From Promethearchaeati archaeon (GTDB lineage Archaea > Asgardarchaeota > Atabeyarchaeia > Atabeyarchaeales > Atabeyarchaeaceae): a stretch of DNA of 64,000 nt. Below the pieces are notes generated by a model, which saw only the letters and a list, made by a program, of their open reading frames with translations, was not told where the DNA came from and did not search any database. Every line of letters starts with the position of its first letter. Position 1 is the stretch's first letter. A program made the translations under genes and the position numbers. The stretch covers positions 38,254-102,253 of the forward strand of contig JAHPYV010000001.1 in the NCBI GenBank assembly GCA_019058495.1. Direction: 5' to 3'. Shown here one piece after another: positions 39,850-48,140 of this stretch.

Positions 39850-39967
39850 CTTTCTTCACCCTTCGCCCTCTAATTTGTGAGAATAGCAACAGATAATTCA
39901 TTTCGCTATCTAAGCTATTAAATATTTCGCAAACTCATAGGTAAATCCAAGAGTTATCGCATTATCA

Positions 39968-40321
39968 TTATCCCCAGTTGTACGTTAAGGTGAAAACAAG
40001 ACCCCAGATCGCCGTAAAAATGAAGAGATAAGTGATTAATCCTGAAAGAATCATCCTGCGGGTGCCACCAGCCTGTGAGGGCGTAATCTTCAATACAAGA
40101 ATCTCCACTGGGTAAGTGGCTAAGTATATCAGCAAAGCAACTAGTATACCAAATTTACCTATGATCGCTGCAGCCGAACAAAATACAGCTGCAATCAAAG
40201 CGAACAAAACTTTCAGCCAGAAAATCTTGTCTTCAGTATTCAAGTTAGTGACATCCTCCCGAAAAGAGATGAATAACCTATTGAGAGTAAAACGCTCCGT
40301 TTCAAACTTCGATATAGCCAT
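39968..40321 (-). CDS. Small integral membrane protein; start uncertain (ATG 40321, TTG 40243, or track start 40372)
   Basis: C-terminal about 90 aa form 2-3 TM helices (FWLKVLFALIAAVFCSAAAIIGKFGILVALLIYL; ILSGLITYLFIFTAIWGLVF). The 5' region overlaps the divergent NFACT gene. Confidence 0.4.
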   Translation of the reverse strand: MAISKFETERFTLNRLFISFREDVTNLNTEDKIFWLKVLFALIAAVFCSAAAIIGKFGILVALLIYLATYPVEILVLKITPSQAGGTRRMILSGLITYLFIFTAIWGLVFTLTYNWG

Positions 40322-42275
40322 TCTGCTTAGCGAAATAGGACAATTTGTTATAGGGGCTTGGATTAATAACATTTACCAAATCAAGGACTTCTTTCTATTC
40401 AAACTGAACACTAAGTCTGGAGATAAGACTCTTTTGGTGGAGCCTGGAGCCAGAATACACATAACCAAGTACCAGAGACCTATGCCTAAGACTCCTACGA
40501 ACTTCTGCAGTGCTCTTAGAAAACATGTCAGAAATGGGCACATTGAAAACATAGTTCAGCATGACCTTGACAGAGTAGTGGTAATAACAATTATCACTCA
40601 CTTAGCTAAGTTGAAATTAATAATCGAGCTATTCGGGGAAGGCAATTTGATTCTTTGCGATGCAGAAGACAAGATAATCATGGCCAAGTATTACAGAGTA
40701 ATGAGAGATCGATCCATAAAACCCAAAGACATATTTGTCCCACCCCCGCCGCGAGGAATCGATCTGGTGAGTTTATCTGAGAGCGAAATCTCGTCAATAC
40801 TCGATACGTCTTCCGCTGGACTAGTCGAGACCCTCGCAAGCAAACTGAACATTGATCCTCTTTACGCTGAAGACATTTGTGCCGTTTCTGAAGTAGATAA
40901 GAGCAGAAAATCAAGGGAGTTGACTGAAGAGGAGAGAGTCAGAGTAGCGAGAGCGATTCAACTCACGCTTGGCAGACTCATGAACGGTCCATATGAACCC
41001 CAGATAGTATTAGACACTTCAGGCAAGCTTGTCGCGACAGCTCCATTCCACCTGAAGATCTTGGAAGGTCTGCCAACAGAAAGAAAGGACAGCTACAATG
41101 ATGCAGTCGATGAGTTCTTCAGTACTGCTGAAGCACGTGTAGTTGGAAGTCAAGAAGCTGGGGAAAACAAGAAAGAAACTGAAATACAGAATATGATCAG
41201 CGAACAGAGAAAGAAGATTTCAGAGTCCGAGGAACTTGCACGCCGAAATAAACAGTCTGCCGATCTTATCTACTCAAACATAACAAATGTGGAGGGGATT
41301 CTCATGGTCATACGGTCAGCTAGGAAAAGAGGAGTTTCCTGGCAAGAAATAGAGAGCAAGCTAGCTGAGGCCAAGAAGAAGGGTGTCGCGTTAGCTGATA
41401 AGATAAGTTCTGTAGACGCAAGACAGGGAACTCTCACATTAGAGCTTGCTGGAGAGAAAGTTACCATTGACATTCGACTTTCTGCAACTAGAAATGCTTC
41501 AAAGTTCTACGAGAGCGCTAAGAAAGCTGCAGCGAAAAAGAGAGGGGCTGAGTCGGCGCTCCAAGATGCCCTTAGGAAATTGAGCGAGCTGGAAACTAAT
41601 ATAAAACCTCCTAAAGAAGAAGCTCTGAGAGAGAAACGAGTGAAGAAGTGGTATGAGCACTTCAGATGGTTGATGTCATCGGACGGTTTTTTGATTATAG
41701 GAGGGCGGGATTCCAAGACAAATGATATTATCGTCAAGAAAAGACTCGAACCGACTGACATATTTGTTCACGCGGACATTCACGGCGCACCTGTAACTGT
41801 TGTGAAATCAATGGGGAAGGATGTTCCGGAGAATACAATCAATGAAGCATGCCAATTCGCAGTGTCATACAGTAGACTGTGGAAACTAGGAACCGGGGCG
41901 GGAGAAGCGTATTGGGTAAGAGGTGATCAGGTCTCATTATCCCCTCCTTCTGGAGAGTATCTGCAGAAAGGCTCGTTTATTATCAAGGGTGAGCGAACCT
42001 ATGCGAAGGGCATACCTCTTGTAATCTCAATAGGAATAATGACCGACGAAGAGAAACATGTTATTCTCGTAGCTGGATCCCCGTCTTCAATATCTCTTAA
42101 GACAGCAACTAAAGTGGACCTGGTACCTGGAGACAAGTCCGGATCAAAGTTGGCCAACTTGGTAAAGGATAGGCTGATAAAACTCGCCAACCCCGAATTA
42201 GGATCTGAGATAGAGAGAATTTCACTAGATGAGTTTCTCCTGATCCTACCGCCTGGGGGAGCGCAAATAGAATAG
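40269..42275 (+). CDS. NFACT-family protein (Rqc2/NEMF/FbpA homologue, ribosome quality control)
   Basis: NFACT-N pattern SNFDIAILLSEIGQFVIGAWINNIYQI...LLVEPGARIHITKY, a coiled-coil middle, and NFACT-R (FLIIGGRDSKTNDIIVKK...DIFVHADIHGAP). I prefer ATG 40269. The track start 40116 lies inside the antisense membrane gene. Confidence 0.85.
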   Translation: MNNLLRVKRSVSNFDIAILLSEIGQFVIGAWINNIYQIKDFFLFKLNTKSGDKTLLVEPGARIHITKYQRPMPKTPTNFCSALRKHVRNGHIENIVQHDLDRVVVITIITHLAKLKLIIELFGEGNLILCDAEDKIIMAKYYRVMRDRSIKPKDIFVPPPPRGIDLVSLSESEISSILDTSSAGLVETLASKLNIDPLYAEDICAVSEVDKSRKSRELTEEERVRVARAIQLTLGRLMNGPYEPQIVLDTSGKLVATAPFHLKILEGLPTERKDSYNDAVDEFFSTAEARVVGSQEAGENKKETEIQNMISEQRKKISESEELARRNKQSADLIYSNITNVEGILMVIRSARKRGVSWQEIESKLAEAKKKGVALADKISSVDARQGTLTLELAGEKVTIDIRLSATRNASKFYESAKKAAAKKRGAESALQDALRKLSELETNIKPPKEEALREKRVKKWYEHFRWLMSSDGFLIIGGRDSKTNDIIVKKRLEPTDIFVHADIHGAPVTVVKSMGKDVPENTINEACQFAVSYSRLWKLGTGAGEAYWVRGDQVSLSPPSGEYLQKGSFIIKGERTYAKGIPLVISIGIMTDEEKHVILVAGSPSSISLKTATKVDLVPGDKSGSKLANLVKDRLIKLANPELGSEIERISLDEFLLILPPGGAQIE

Positions 42276-42478
42276 CTGCCGTTCATTTCTCAATACAATT
42301 GGCAGTAGATGTATGAACCCCTTATTTAGGATCATACATATGAAACTTAAATAACCAAGTCGACATTATTCAACTTGTAGCAACTTCCTTCTGCTAAACT
42401 GAATCTGGATTCGACTCCGTGATCCTTTGATCTGTCAGTAAGATGTCTTTTTACTTCGAATAAGGAGGGAGAAGTAAT

Positions 42479-43282
42479 TTGCTTGTCAAGGATCTGATGG
42501 CGAAGAACCTGACAGCAATAGATAAAGATCAACTAGTTTCCTCTTCAGTTGAATTGATGAGGAAAAGGAGAGTGTCTCGTCTACCCGTTATGGATGGAGG
42601 CAACTTGGTTGGAATAGTCACGGAAAAAGACATTGTGGCAAAACTATCCTCTAGTAGAGTTGGTGGACTACTCCCATCGAGCCTTCGTGTTTCGAGTATA
42701 ATGACTTCAAGCCTCAAAACAATATCGCCTGAATCAGATGTCATTCAAGCTGCCAAAGAAATGATAGATTGCGACATAAGTGGTCTTCCAGTTGTTGGCT
42801 TGAGAGGCGAACTGCTGGGCATCATTACCAAAACCAGTTTGCTGAAGCCATGTCTCAGTATAAATAAGATCTACGTAGGCCAAATCATGACGAAGAACCC
42901 AGTCTCGATCTCTCCTAACGCAAGGTTAGTCAATGCAGGAAGACTACTTTTCGAGAAGAATCTGAGTGTCCTTCCAGTAATTGATGACGGAAAGTTGGTG
43001 GGTATGGTCACATATGGCCTACTTGCTTTAGCTATTTTCAATGTAAGGGAGAAGACGGATGGAAAACATGTAGACAAGAAGATACGCCAAGCTACCGTGA
43101 GTGGCGCAATGAGGCTGTCTCCTCCATTCTGCCATCCTGACTCAAAGGTTCAGGAAGCAGCAAAACTAATGATTGAGGAACGATTAAAGGGACTGCCGGT
43201 CCTAGACTATGAGGCTAAGCTATCAGGATTAGTCACCAAAACAAACTTAACCAAGTTGATCTGTAACAAGATGAAAGTCTGA
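42479..43282 (+). CDS. Four-CBS-domain protein
   Basis: Four repeats of the CBS pattern (e.g. VSRLPVMDGGNLVGIVTEKDI; ISGLPVV; LSVLPVIDDGKLVGMVT; LKGLPVLD). Confidence 0.85.
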   Translation: MLVKDLMAKNLTAIDKDQLVSSSVELMRKRRVSRLPVMDGGNLVGIVTEKDIVAKLSSSRVGGLLPSSLRVSSIMTSSLKTISPESDVIQAAKEMIDCDISGLPVVGLRGELLGIITKTSLLKPCLSINKIYVGQIMTKNPVSISPNARLVNAGRLLFEKNLSVLPVIDDGKLVGMVTYGLLALAIFNVREKTDGKHVDKKIRQATVSGAMRLSPPFCHPDSKVQEAAKLMIEERLKGLPVLDYEAKLSGLVTKTNLTKLICNKMKV

Positions 43283-43316
43283 TTACTGCCAACCAATTTA
43301 TTTGGAAAGACGGTTC

Positions 43317-44687
43317 ATGAGAAAAGTGGAATTGAACATCATCAACGCGAAGATCCTAGTCGAAGACAATCTAGTTGAAGCAGGAGTTTCCATAAACCAA
43401 GGGAAGATAGTTAAAGTTGCAAAATCGCCTAACCTTCCTGCCTCAGATGTTACAGTAGACTCTCAGAATATGCTAATGATCCCAGGCGTAGTCGATGTTC
43501 ATGTTCATCTCAGAGATATGAATCTCTCTTACAAAGAGGACTTCTCTTCGGGCACACAAGCAGCGATCATGGGTGGTGTCACCACTGTGCTCGATATGCC
43601 CAACACTTCTCCTCCGACAAACAATGCTGAGAGAATGAAGGAGAAAATCGATAAATCAGCCAAGATGATTTATTCAAACGTAGGATTCTTTGGTGCGTTG
43701 TCCTTAGATCCACATGAGACAAGCATGATGGCAAAAGAAGGCGCAATAGGGTTCAAGCTCTATCTCAACGACAGTCAATACAACAGTCTAAACGATGAGA
43801 AACTATTAATGAGAGTGTTGAAGCCCGTAAGATCCAGTGGTGTCCCCTTGTCAGTGCATGCTGAGTTCCCACAAGAACTAACGCAGGAGACAGGCTCAGT
43901 TGGCACTAGGTACGAAATAGAGCGCTTCATGAGATCACATGATCCCCAGATGGAAGCTGACGCGGTTTCGATGTGTCTCAACATGGCGAAAGAATCAGAC
44001 GCTCATGTTCATATATGTCACTTGAGCACTAGAACTGCTTTGGATCTGGTAAGCAGGGCAAAACTCGCTGGCACTCCAGTTACTGCCGAGGTCACTCCTC
44101 ACCATCTTCTCCTGTCTTACAAAGAGCTCAACAGGTTTGGCTCATATGCGAAAATGGTCCCACCACTTAGAACAGCAAAGGATGCGGAAGGCTTAATGAA
44201 AGGTCTTGTAGACGGAGCAGTAGATGTCATTGTTAGTGATCATGCTCCACATACGGTTGAAGAGAAGAAGCAGAGATTCATCGACGCGCCGTCGGGAATT
44301 CCAGGACTTGAAACAATGCTTCCGCTTGTTCTTACCGAGATGTTGGAAAAGAGGATAACGCTGAGAAGAGTTATACAGACAATGTCCGAGAATCCCACAC
44401 AACTCTTCAAGCTAAAAGATATGGGCAAAATTGCAGAAGGGTACAATGCAGACATTGTACTGGTAGACCTTCACAAAGAGAAGAGGATAGAAGCACAGGC
44501 TTTCCGTTCCAAGGCAAAGTATACACCATTCGCAGGGCGCATCGTGAAGGGCATTCCGGTGATGACAGTAGTGAACGGAATTCCAGTGATGCGAGACGGC
44601 GAAATCCTCGGCAAACCTGGAGACGGAAGAGTAATAAGACATGTTGAAGTCAAAAGGAATGACAGATTGACAGTTGGAGACGACTGA
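43317..44687 (+). CDS. pyrC: Dihydroorotase (cyclic amidohydrolase family)
   Basis: PGVVDVHVHLRD and SDHAPH metal-binding motifs. ATG 43317 preferred over TTG 43302. Confidence 0.8.
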   Translation: MRKVELNIINAKILVEDNLVEAGVSINQGKIVKVAKSPNLPASDVTVDSQNMLMIPGVVDVHVHLRDMNLSYKEDFSSGTQAAIMGGVTTVLDMPNTSPPTNNAERMKEKIDKSAKMIYSNVGFFGALSLDPHETSMMAKEGAIGFKLYLNDSQYNSLNDEKLLMRVLKPVRSSGVPLSVHAEFPQELTQETGSVGTRYEIERFMRSHDPQMEADAVSMCLNMAKESDAHVHICHLSTRTALDLVSRAKLAGTPVTAEVTPHHLLLSYKELNRFGSYAKMVPPLRTAKDAEGLMKGLVDGAVDVIVSDHAPHTVEEKKQRFIDAPSGIPGLETMLPLVLTEMLEKRITLRRVIQTMSENPTQLFKLKDMGKIAEGYNADIVLVDLHKEKRIEAQAFRSKAKYTPFAGRIVKGIPVMTVVNGIPVMRDGEILGKPGDGRVIRHVEVKRNDRLTVGDD

Positions 44688-45192
44688 GGTGCCTGATATA
44701 GGAAAAGAGAGGCATCCTGCTTTTGTCGTTGATCAAATGCTAGGTGAATTGGCCCGTTGGCTTCGCCTCCTAGGTCATGATACTTATTATTCCAAGGAAC
44801 TCAACGACGACGAACTAATAGAATACTCAAAAGAGGAGAACCGCGTGCTAGTAACTTGTGATCAACGTCTTTACTCAAGAGCAATGAGAAAAGGCGTCCG
44901 TGCCCTTCTCCTTAGACCAGACAGTCTCGTCAATCGACTCGCCGTTCTAGCAAGGACTTATGGAATCGAGCTAAGAGTTAAACCAGAGGATTCAAGGTGT
45001 CCGCTCTGCAATGGAGAAATACGTGAAGTTAGTGACTTAGTCAAGCTTGATGGCAGAGTTCCCTCAAAGGTCTTGAGCACAAACAGAAAGTTTTGGGTAT
45101 GCAACAGTTGTAATCACGTTTACTGGGTTGGCGGTCACTGGAGAAACATAGCTAAAACAGTCGATGAAGTAAAGCGATCACTGACCCCGTAA
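44674..45192 (+). CDS. Mut7-C (PIN-like) RNase domain protein with C-terminal Zn-ribbon
   Basis: FVVDQMLGELARWLRLLGHDTYY is the Mut7-C signature. CPLCNG...CNSCNHVYW ribbon. Confidence 0.75.
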   Translation: METTEVPDIGKERHPAFVVDQMLGELARWLRLLGHDTYYSKELNDDELIEYSKEENRVLVTCDQRLYSRAMRKGVRALLLRPDSLVNRLAVLARTYGIELRVKPEDSRCPLCNGEIREVSDLVKLDGRVPSKVLSTNRKFWVCNSCNHVYWVGGHWRNIAKTVDEVKRSLTP

Positions 45193-45307
45193 TCTGTCTC
45201 CTCCAACGCAAGTAATTCATGATCATTTAACGAAATATATTGTCTTAGTGATACTGAAAGTATTAAAGGGGGAGAGAATATCATCTGATTTCGGAGGAAG
45301 CGAGACT

Positions 45308-46531
45308 ATGAGTCAAAGATTCTTGACCTTAGATGATGTGAAAGTCGATTCGAAGAGAGTGCTCGTTAGGGTTGACATAAACTCACCTATGAAACCTGGA
45401 ACAGAGGAGATAATCGATGATACAAGAATAGTTGCTATCCTCGACACGCTGAGGGACTTGGAGAAAGCGAAAGTTGTCATTCTTTCACACCAAGGCAGAC
45501 CTGGAGAATCAGACTTCACATCCATGCAACCTCACGCAAGAGTACTGCAGGAACATCTGGGTGCTCGCTGCAGGTTTATTGATGATATCATCGGACCAGC
45601 GGCCATCGACGCTATCCGTAAACTCAAGAATGGCGACGTACTTCTATTAGACAATGTCAGGCTGCTCTCAGAAGAAGTGATGGAAGGCACACCTGAGCAA
45701 TTTGCAAAAACTTACCTAGTAAAAAGGCTGGCCCCTCTTTTTGATTTATTTGTTAACGACGCCTATCCAGCAGCTCACCGTGCCCAGACTTCCATGGTAG
45801 GTTTCCCTGAAGTTCTACCAGCCGTGGCAGGTAAATCCATGGAGAGAGAATTGAAGGCACTGAACAAAGCATTAAATGAACCTGACAGACCGAGCGTCGC
45901 CGTACTTGGGGGAGCAAAAGTACCAGACAAGATAAAGATTCTGGCTAACATACTGGAAAAGAAGAAAGTTGACAGAGTTCTCCTGTCAGGTCTTATGGCA
46001 ACTGTGTTCCTTGAAGCTTCAGGTGTAAACCTTGGCGAGGGAAGCAGAGGAAGCCTCAAGGATTTCGAATCATTAAAGAAACAAGCCAAAGATCTTTTGG
46101 ACAAATACAAGGATATCATCATGCTACCTAAGGATGTGGCTATTTCAGTCGAGAAGAAGCGAGTCGAGGTTCCAGTCGGCAAGATGCCAAAGAATGCATC
46201 CGTCATGGACATAGGAGAGAACACTATCAAAGAATACGCGGAAACGATAGCAAGAGCAAAGACTGTACTTGCCAATGGACCAGCTGGAGTCTTCGAGGAT
46301 CAGAACTTCGCCAAGGGAACAGAGCAGATACTAAGAGCGATAGCCAATTCAAAAGGTTTCACAGTCATCGGAGGAGGACACCTAGCAGTCATCGCCAAGG
46401 AGAAGAAACTTGAAAACACCATAGGGTACATAAGCACTGGTGGCGGGGCCACTATGGCGATGCTGGCTGGGCAGAAGCTACCAGGAGTTGAAGCGCTTTA
46501 CAAGGCTGCAAAGAGAACTGGTATTAAATAG
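45308..46531 (+). CDS. pgk: Phosphoglycerate kinase
   Basis: RVLVRVDINSP, ILSHQGRPG and STGGGA motifs. GGAGG lies about 10 nt upstream of ATG 45308; the track start 45248 adds a non-conserved leader. Confidence 0.9.
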   Translation: MSQRFLTLDDVKVDSKRVLVRVDINSPMKPGTEEIIDDTRIVAILDTLRDLEKAKVVILSHQGRPGESDFTSMQPHARVLQEHLGARCRFIDDIIGPAAIDAIRKLKNGDVLLLDNVRLLSEEVMEGTPEQFAKTYLVKRLAPLFDLFVNDAYPAAHRAQTSMVGFPEVLPAVAGKSMERELKALNKALNEPDRPSVAVLGGAKVPDKIKILANILEKKKVDRVLLSGLMATVFLEASGVNLGEGSRGSLKDFESLKKQAKDLLDKYKDIIMLPKDVAISVEKKRVEVPVGKMPKNASVMDIGENTIKEYAETIARAKTVLANGPAGVFEDQNFAKGTEQILRAIANSKGFTVIGGGHLAVIAKEKKLENTIGYISTGGGATMAMLAGQKLPGVEALYKAAKRTGIK

Positions 46532-46540
46532 AAAATGTTA

Positions 46541-46633
46541 TGGAGCCGCCGGCGAGAGTCGAACTCGCGACCACCAGCTCTCATGTTCAAGGAATTACAA
46601 GGCTGGCGCTCTGACCGACTGAGCTACGGCGGC
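46541..46633 (-). tRNA. tRNA-Thr (anticodon UGU) with a 16-nt intron at the canonical 37/38 position; CCA encoded
   Basis: Minus strand: GCCGCCG TA GCTC AGTCGGTC AGAGC G CCAGC CTTGTA|ATTCCTTGAACATGAG|A GCTGG TGGTC GCGAG TTCGACT CTCGC CGGCGGC T CCA. Confidence 0.8.
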
Positions 46634-46878
46634 AATCTGTTTTCTTCTTAGGATAAGAGAGGTAGATATATTTAAGAATCTTGTACTATTCGTGAGATAA
46701 GTCAAGTCTCTTACAGCAATCAGCCAAAAGACCTATTTCAGAGGCATAATAAGACATTAAAGAGAAGCGCAAATTGGAATAACAGAACGCAAGTATGAGA
46801 GTGCGTAGATCAAGTTATGGACAATACAAATTGGCTTCAACTTCGCCAGAAATATCAGTCAAAGGTCCTGCCAATAAT

Positions 46879-47042
46879 GGGCGGGTAGTCTAGATAGGAA
46901 CTTGATGAGAGCCCTAGGCTGGTTATGATTCCTGCCTAAGCAACACTTGTTGGAGGACGTGTCGCTGCAGAATGGGAGCAGGAGATTGCTCTGCTGAATT
47001 ACTGGCAACCTGAGGTCGCCGGTTCAAATCCGGCCCCGCCCA
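46879..47042 (+). tRNA. tRNA-Pro (anticodon UGG) interrupted by three introns (24, 35, 30 nt); no encoded CCA
   Basis: Exons 46879-46895, 46920-46937, 46973-46984 and 47015-47042 join to GGGCGGG TA GTCT AGATTGGTTA TGAT T CCTGC CTTGGGA GCAGG AGGTC GCCGG TTCAAAT CCGGC CCCGCCC A. Introns 2 and 3 have a 4-bp helix flanked by two 3-nt bulges (details in findings). Confidence 0.75.
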
Positions 47043-47096
47043 CATCATATTTTCGACTCAGTTTAACTGGCCTGTACGCCAACGAGGTGGATACAA

Positions 47097-47504
47097 GTGT
47101 TAAACAATGATACAACTCTCTCCAAGATCAAGCAGAGCAAAGTCATCTCCGGCAAGGACCTGCAGAACATGATCTCAAAGTATGGCGAACGATTTTGGAA
47201 GGGAATCAGGGCTGCTATGGAAGGTTGCGTCATAAGACATGTTTTCGATCCAAGCGAACGGGTAGTCTGGACAGTCAAAGGTAAGAGGATGGATTATCTT
47301 ATAGTAGACGATTTCTACTGCAGTTGTGACGATTTCTATCTAAATGTGATCATAAGAAGAAAATCGGCATCTTGTTACCATCTCTTGGCCAAAATGTTGG
47401 CAGATGCTCTTGAGACATATGAATCAGCCAAATCACATGATGACAAGTACCTACCGCTCATGAGAGAGCTAAGGGGAGTACCTAAGAAGAAGTCTGAGGC
47501 ATGA
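47097..47504 (+). CDS. SWIM zinc-finger protein
   Basis: CxC-x16-CxH: FYCSCDDFYLNVIIRRKSASCYHLLA. Confidence 0.7.
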   Translation: MLNNDTTLSKIKQSKVISGKDLQNMISKYGERFWKGIRAAMEGCVIRHVFDPSERVVWTVKGKRMDYLIVDDFYCSCDDFYLNVIIRRKSASCYHLLAKMLADALETYESAKSHDDKYLPLMRELRGVPKKKSEA

Positions 47505-47593
47505 GCATGCCTTCTGACCTTTCGACTAGGGAAGTAATAAATATCCCATTTACACTTCCACTGATCTAGAAATCAGCGAGGAGCTTGTGAACA

Positions 47594-47707
47594 TTGGCAG
47601 GTTTCTTTGATACGTATCTTGTGATAATATTGATTTTAATCGCTGTAGCAATAATATTCGTCTTAGTGTACCAAATAATCGGTGAAGAAGAGAAAATTAC
47701 TGGATGA
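47594..47707 (+). CDS. Possible 37-aa single-pass membrane micro-protein
   Basis: Own translation: TTG-AGFFDTYLVIILILIAVAIIFVLVYQIIGEEEKITG-stop. One clean TM helix with a charged tail. Below the ORF-track cutoff; no homology evidence. Confidence 0.25.
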   Translation: MAGFFDTYLVIILILIAVAIIFVLVYQIIGEEEKITG

Positions 47708-47781
47708 GCGACTCAGCGAGGAACAACCTCAGTTTCATTGTCCTGTTCCATTGTTATGTAGGGGCACGGGTGCACTAACGT

Positions 47782-48018
47782 ATGGTTTTGAAGAATGCAG
47801 ATAGAAAGCTAGTTCTTGAAACACTAAATGAAATTAGACCATACATTGTCGAAATACAACTAGTGGAGCAGGTCATTGCCGGGTACATAGAGTCGTCTAA
47901 TTCAATAGAGGAATTCGCAAAGAAACTTGAGGAACGTCATGATAAACTTGATGATTCAGTTTCAAAAACAGACTTGCGCATATATATCGGGCGACTTGGG
48001 AGAAAAGTGAAAGCCTAG
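47782..48018 (+). CDS. Hypothetical small helical protein
   Basis: 78-aa ORF between the SWIM gene and rpa. No recognisable motif. Confidence 0.35.
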   Translation: MVLKNADRKLVLETLNEIRPYIVEIQLVEQVIAGYIESSNSIEEFAKKLEERHDKLDDSVSKTDLRIYIGRLGRKVKA

Positions 48019-48140
48019 TCAATTTTGCACTTGGCAAACAAATGAGCTTCATCATTGCAGCACATGTGCACCAAATTAGAGAACTTTAAAGCTGTCTGAT
48101 TGGTAGGTTAATTGTAATAGAGGAATGAGGTCAGTCAACG

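Noticed and set aside
42309-42339. Inverted repeat ATGTATGA-15 nt-TCATACAT just after the NFACT stop codon.
   Set aside because: The stem is short and AT-rich with a large loop. Archaeal termination relies mainly on T-tracts. It is too weak to call as a terminator or regulatory element.
46903-46908. TGATGA (C-box-like) inside intron 1 of tRNA-Pro(UGG) together with CTGA motifs in intron 3. Considered an intron-encoded C/D box guide RNA, as in Haloferax pre-tRNA-Trp.
   Set aside because: The introns are only 24-35 nt. The boxes are about 95 nt apart in different introns, there is no terminal stem or C'/D' pair, and TGATGA is expected many times by chance in 64 kb.
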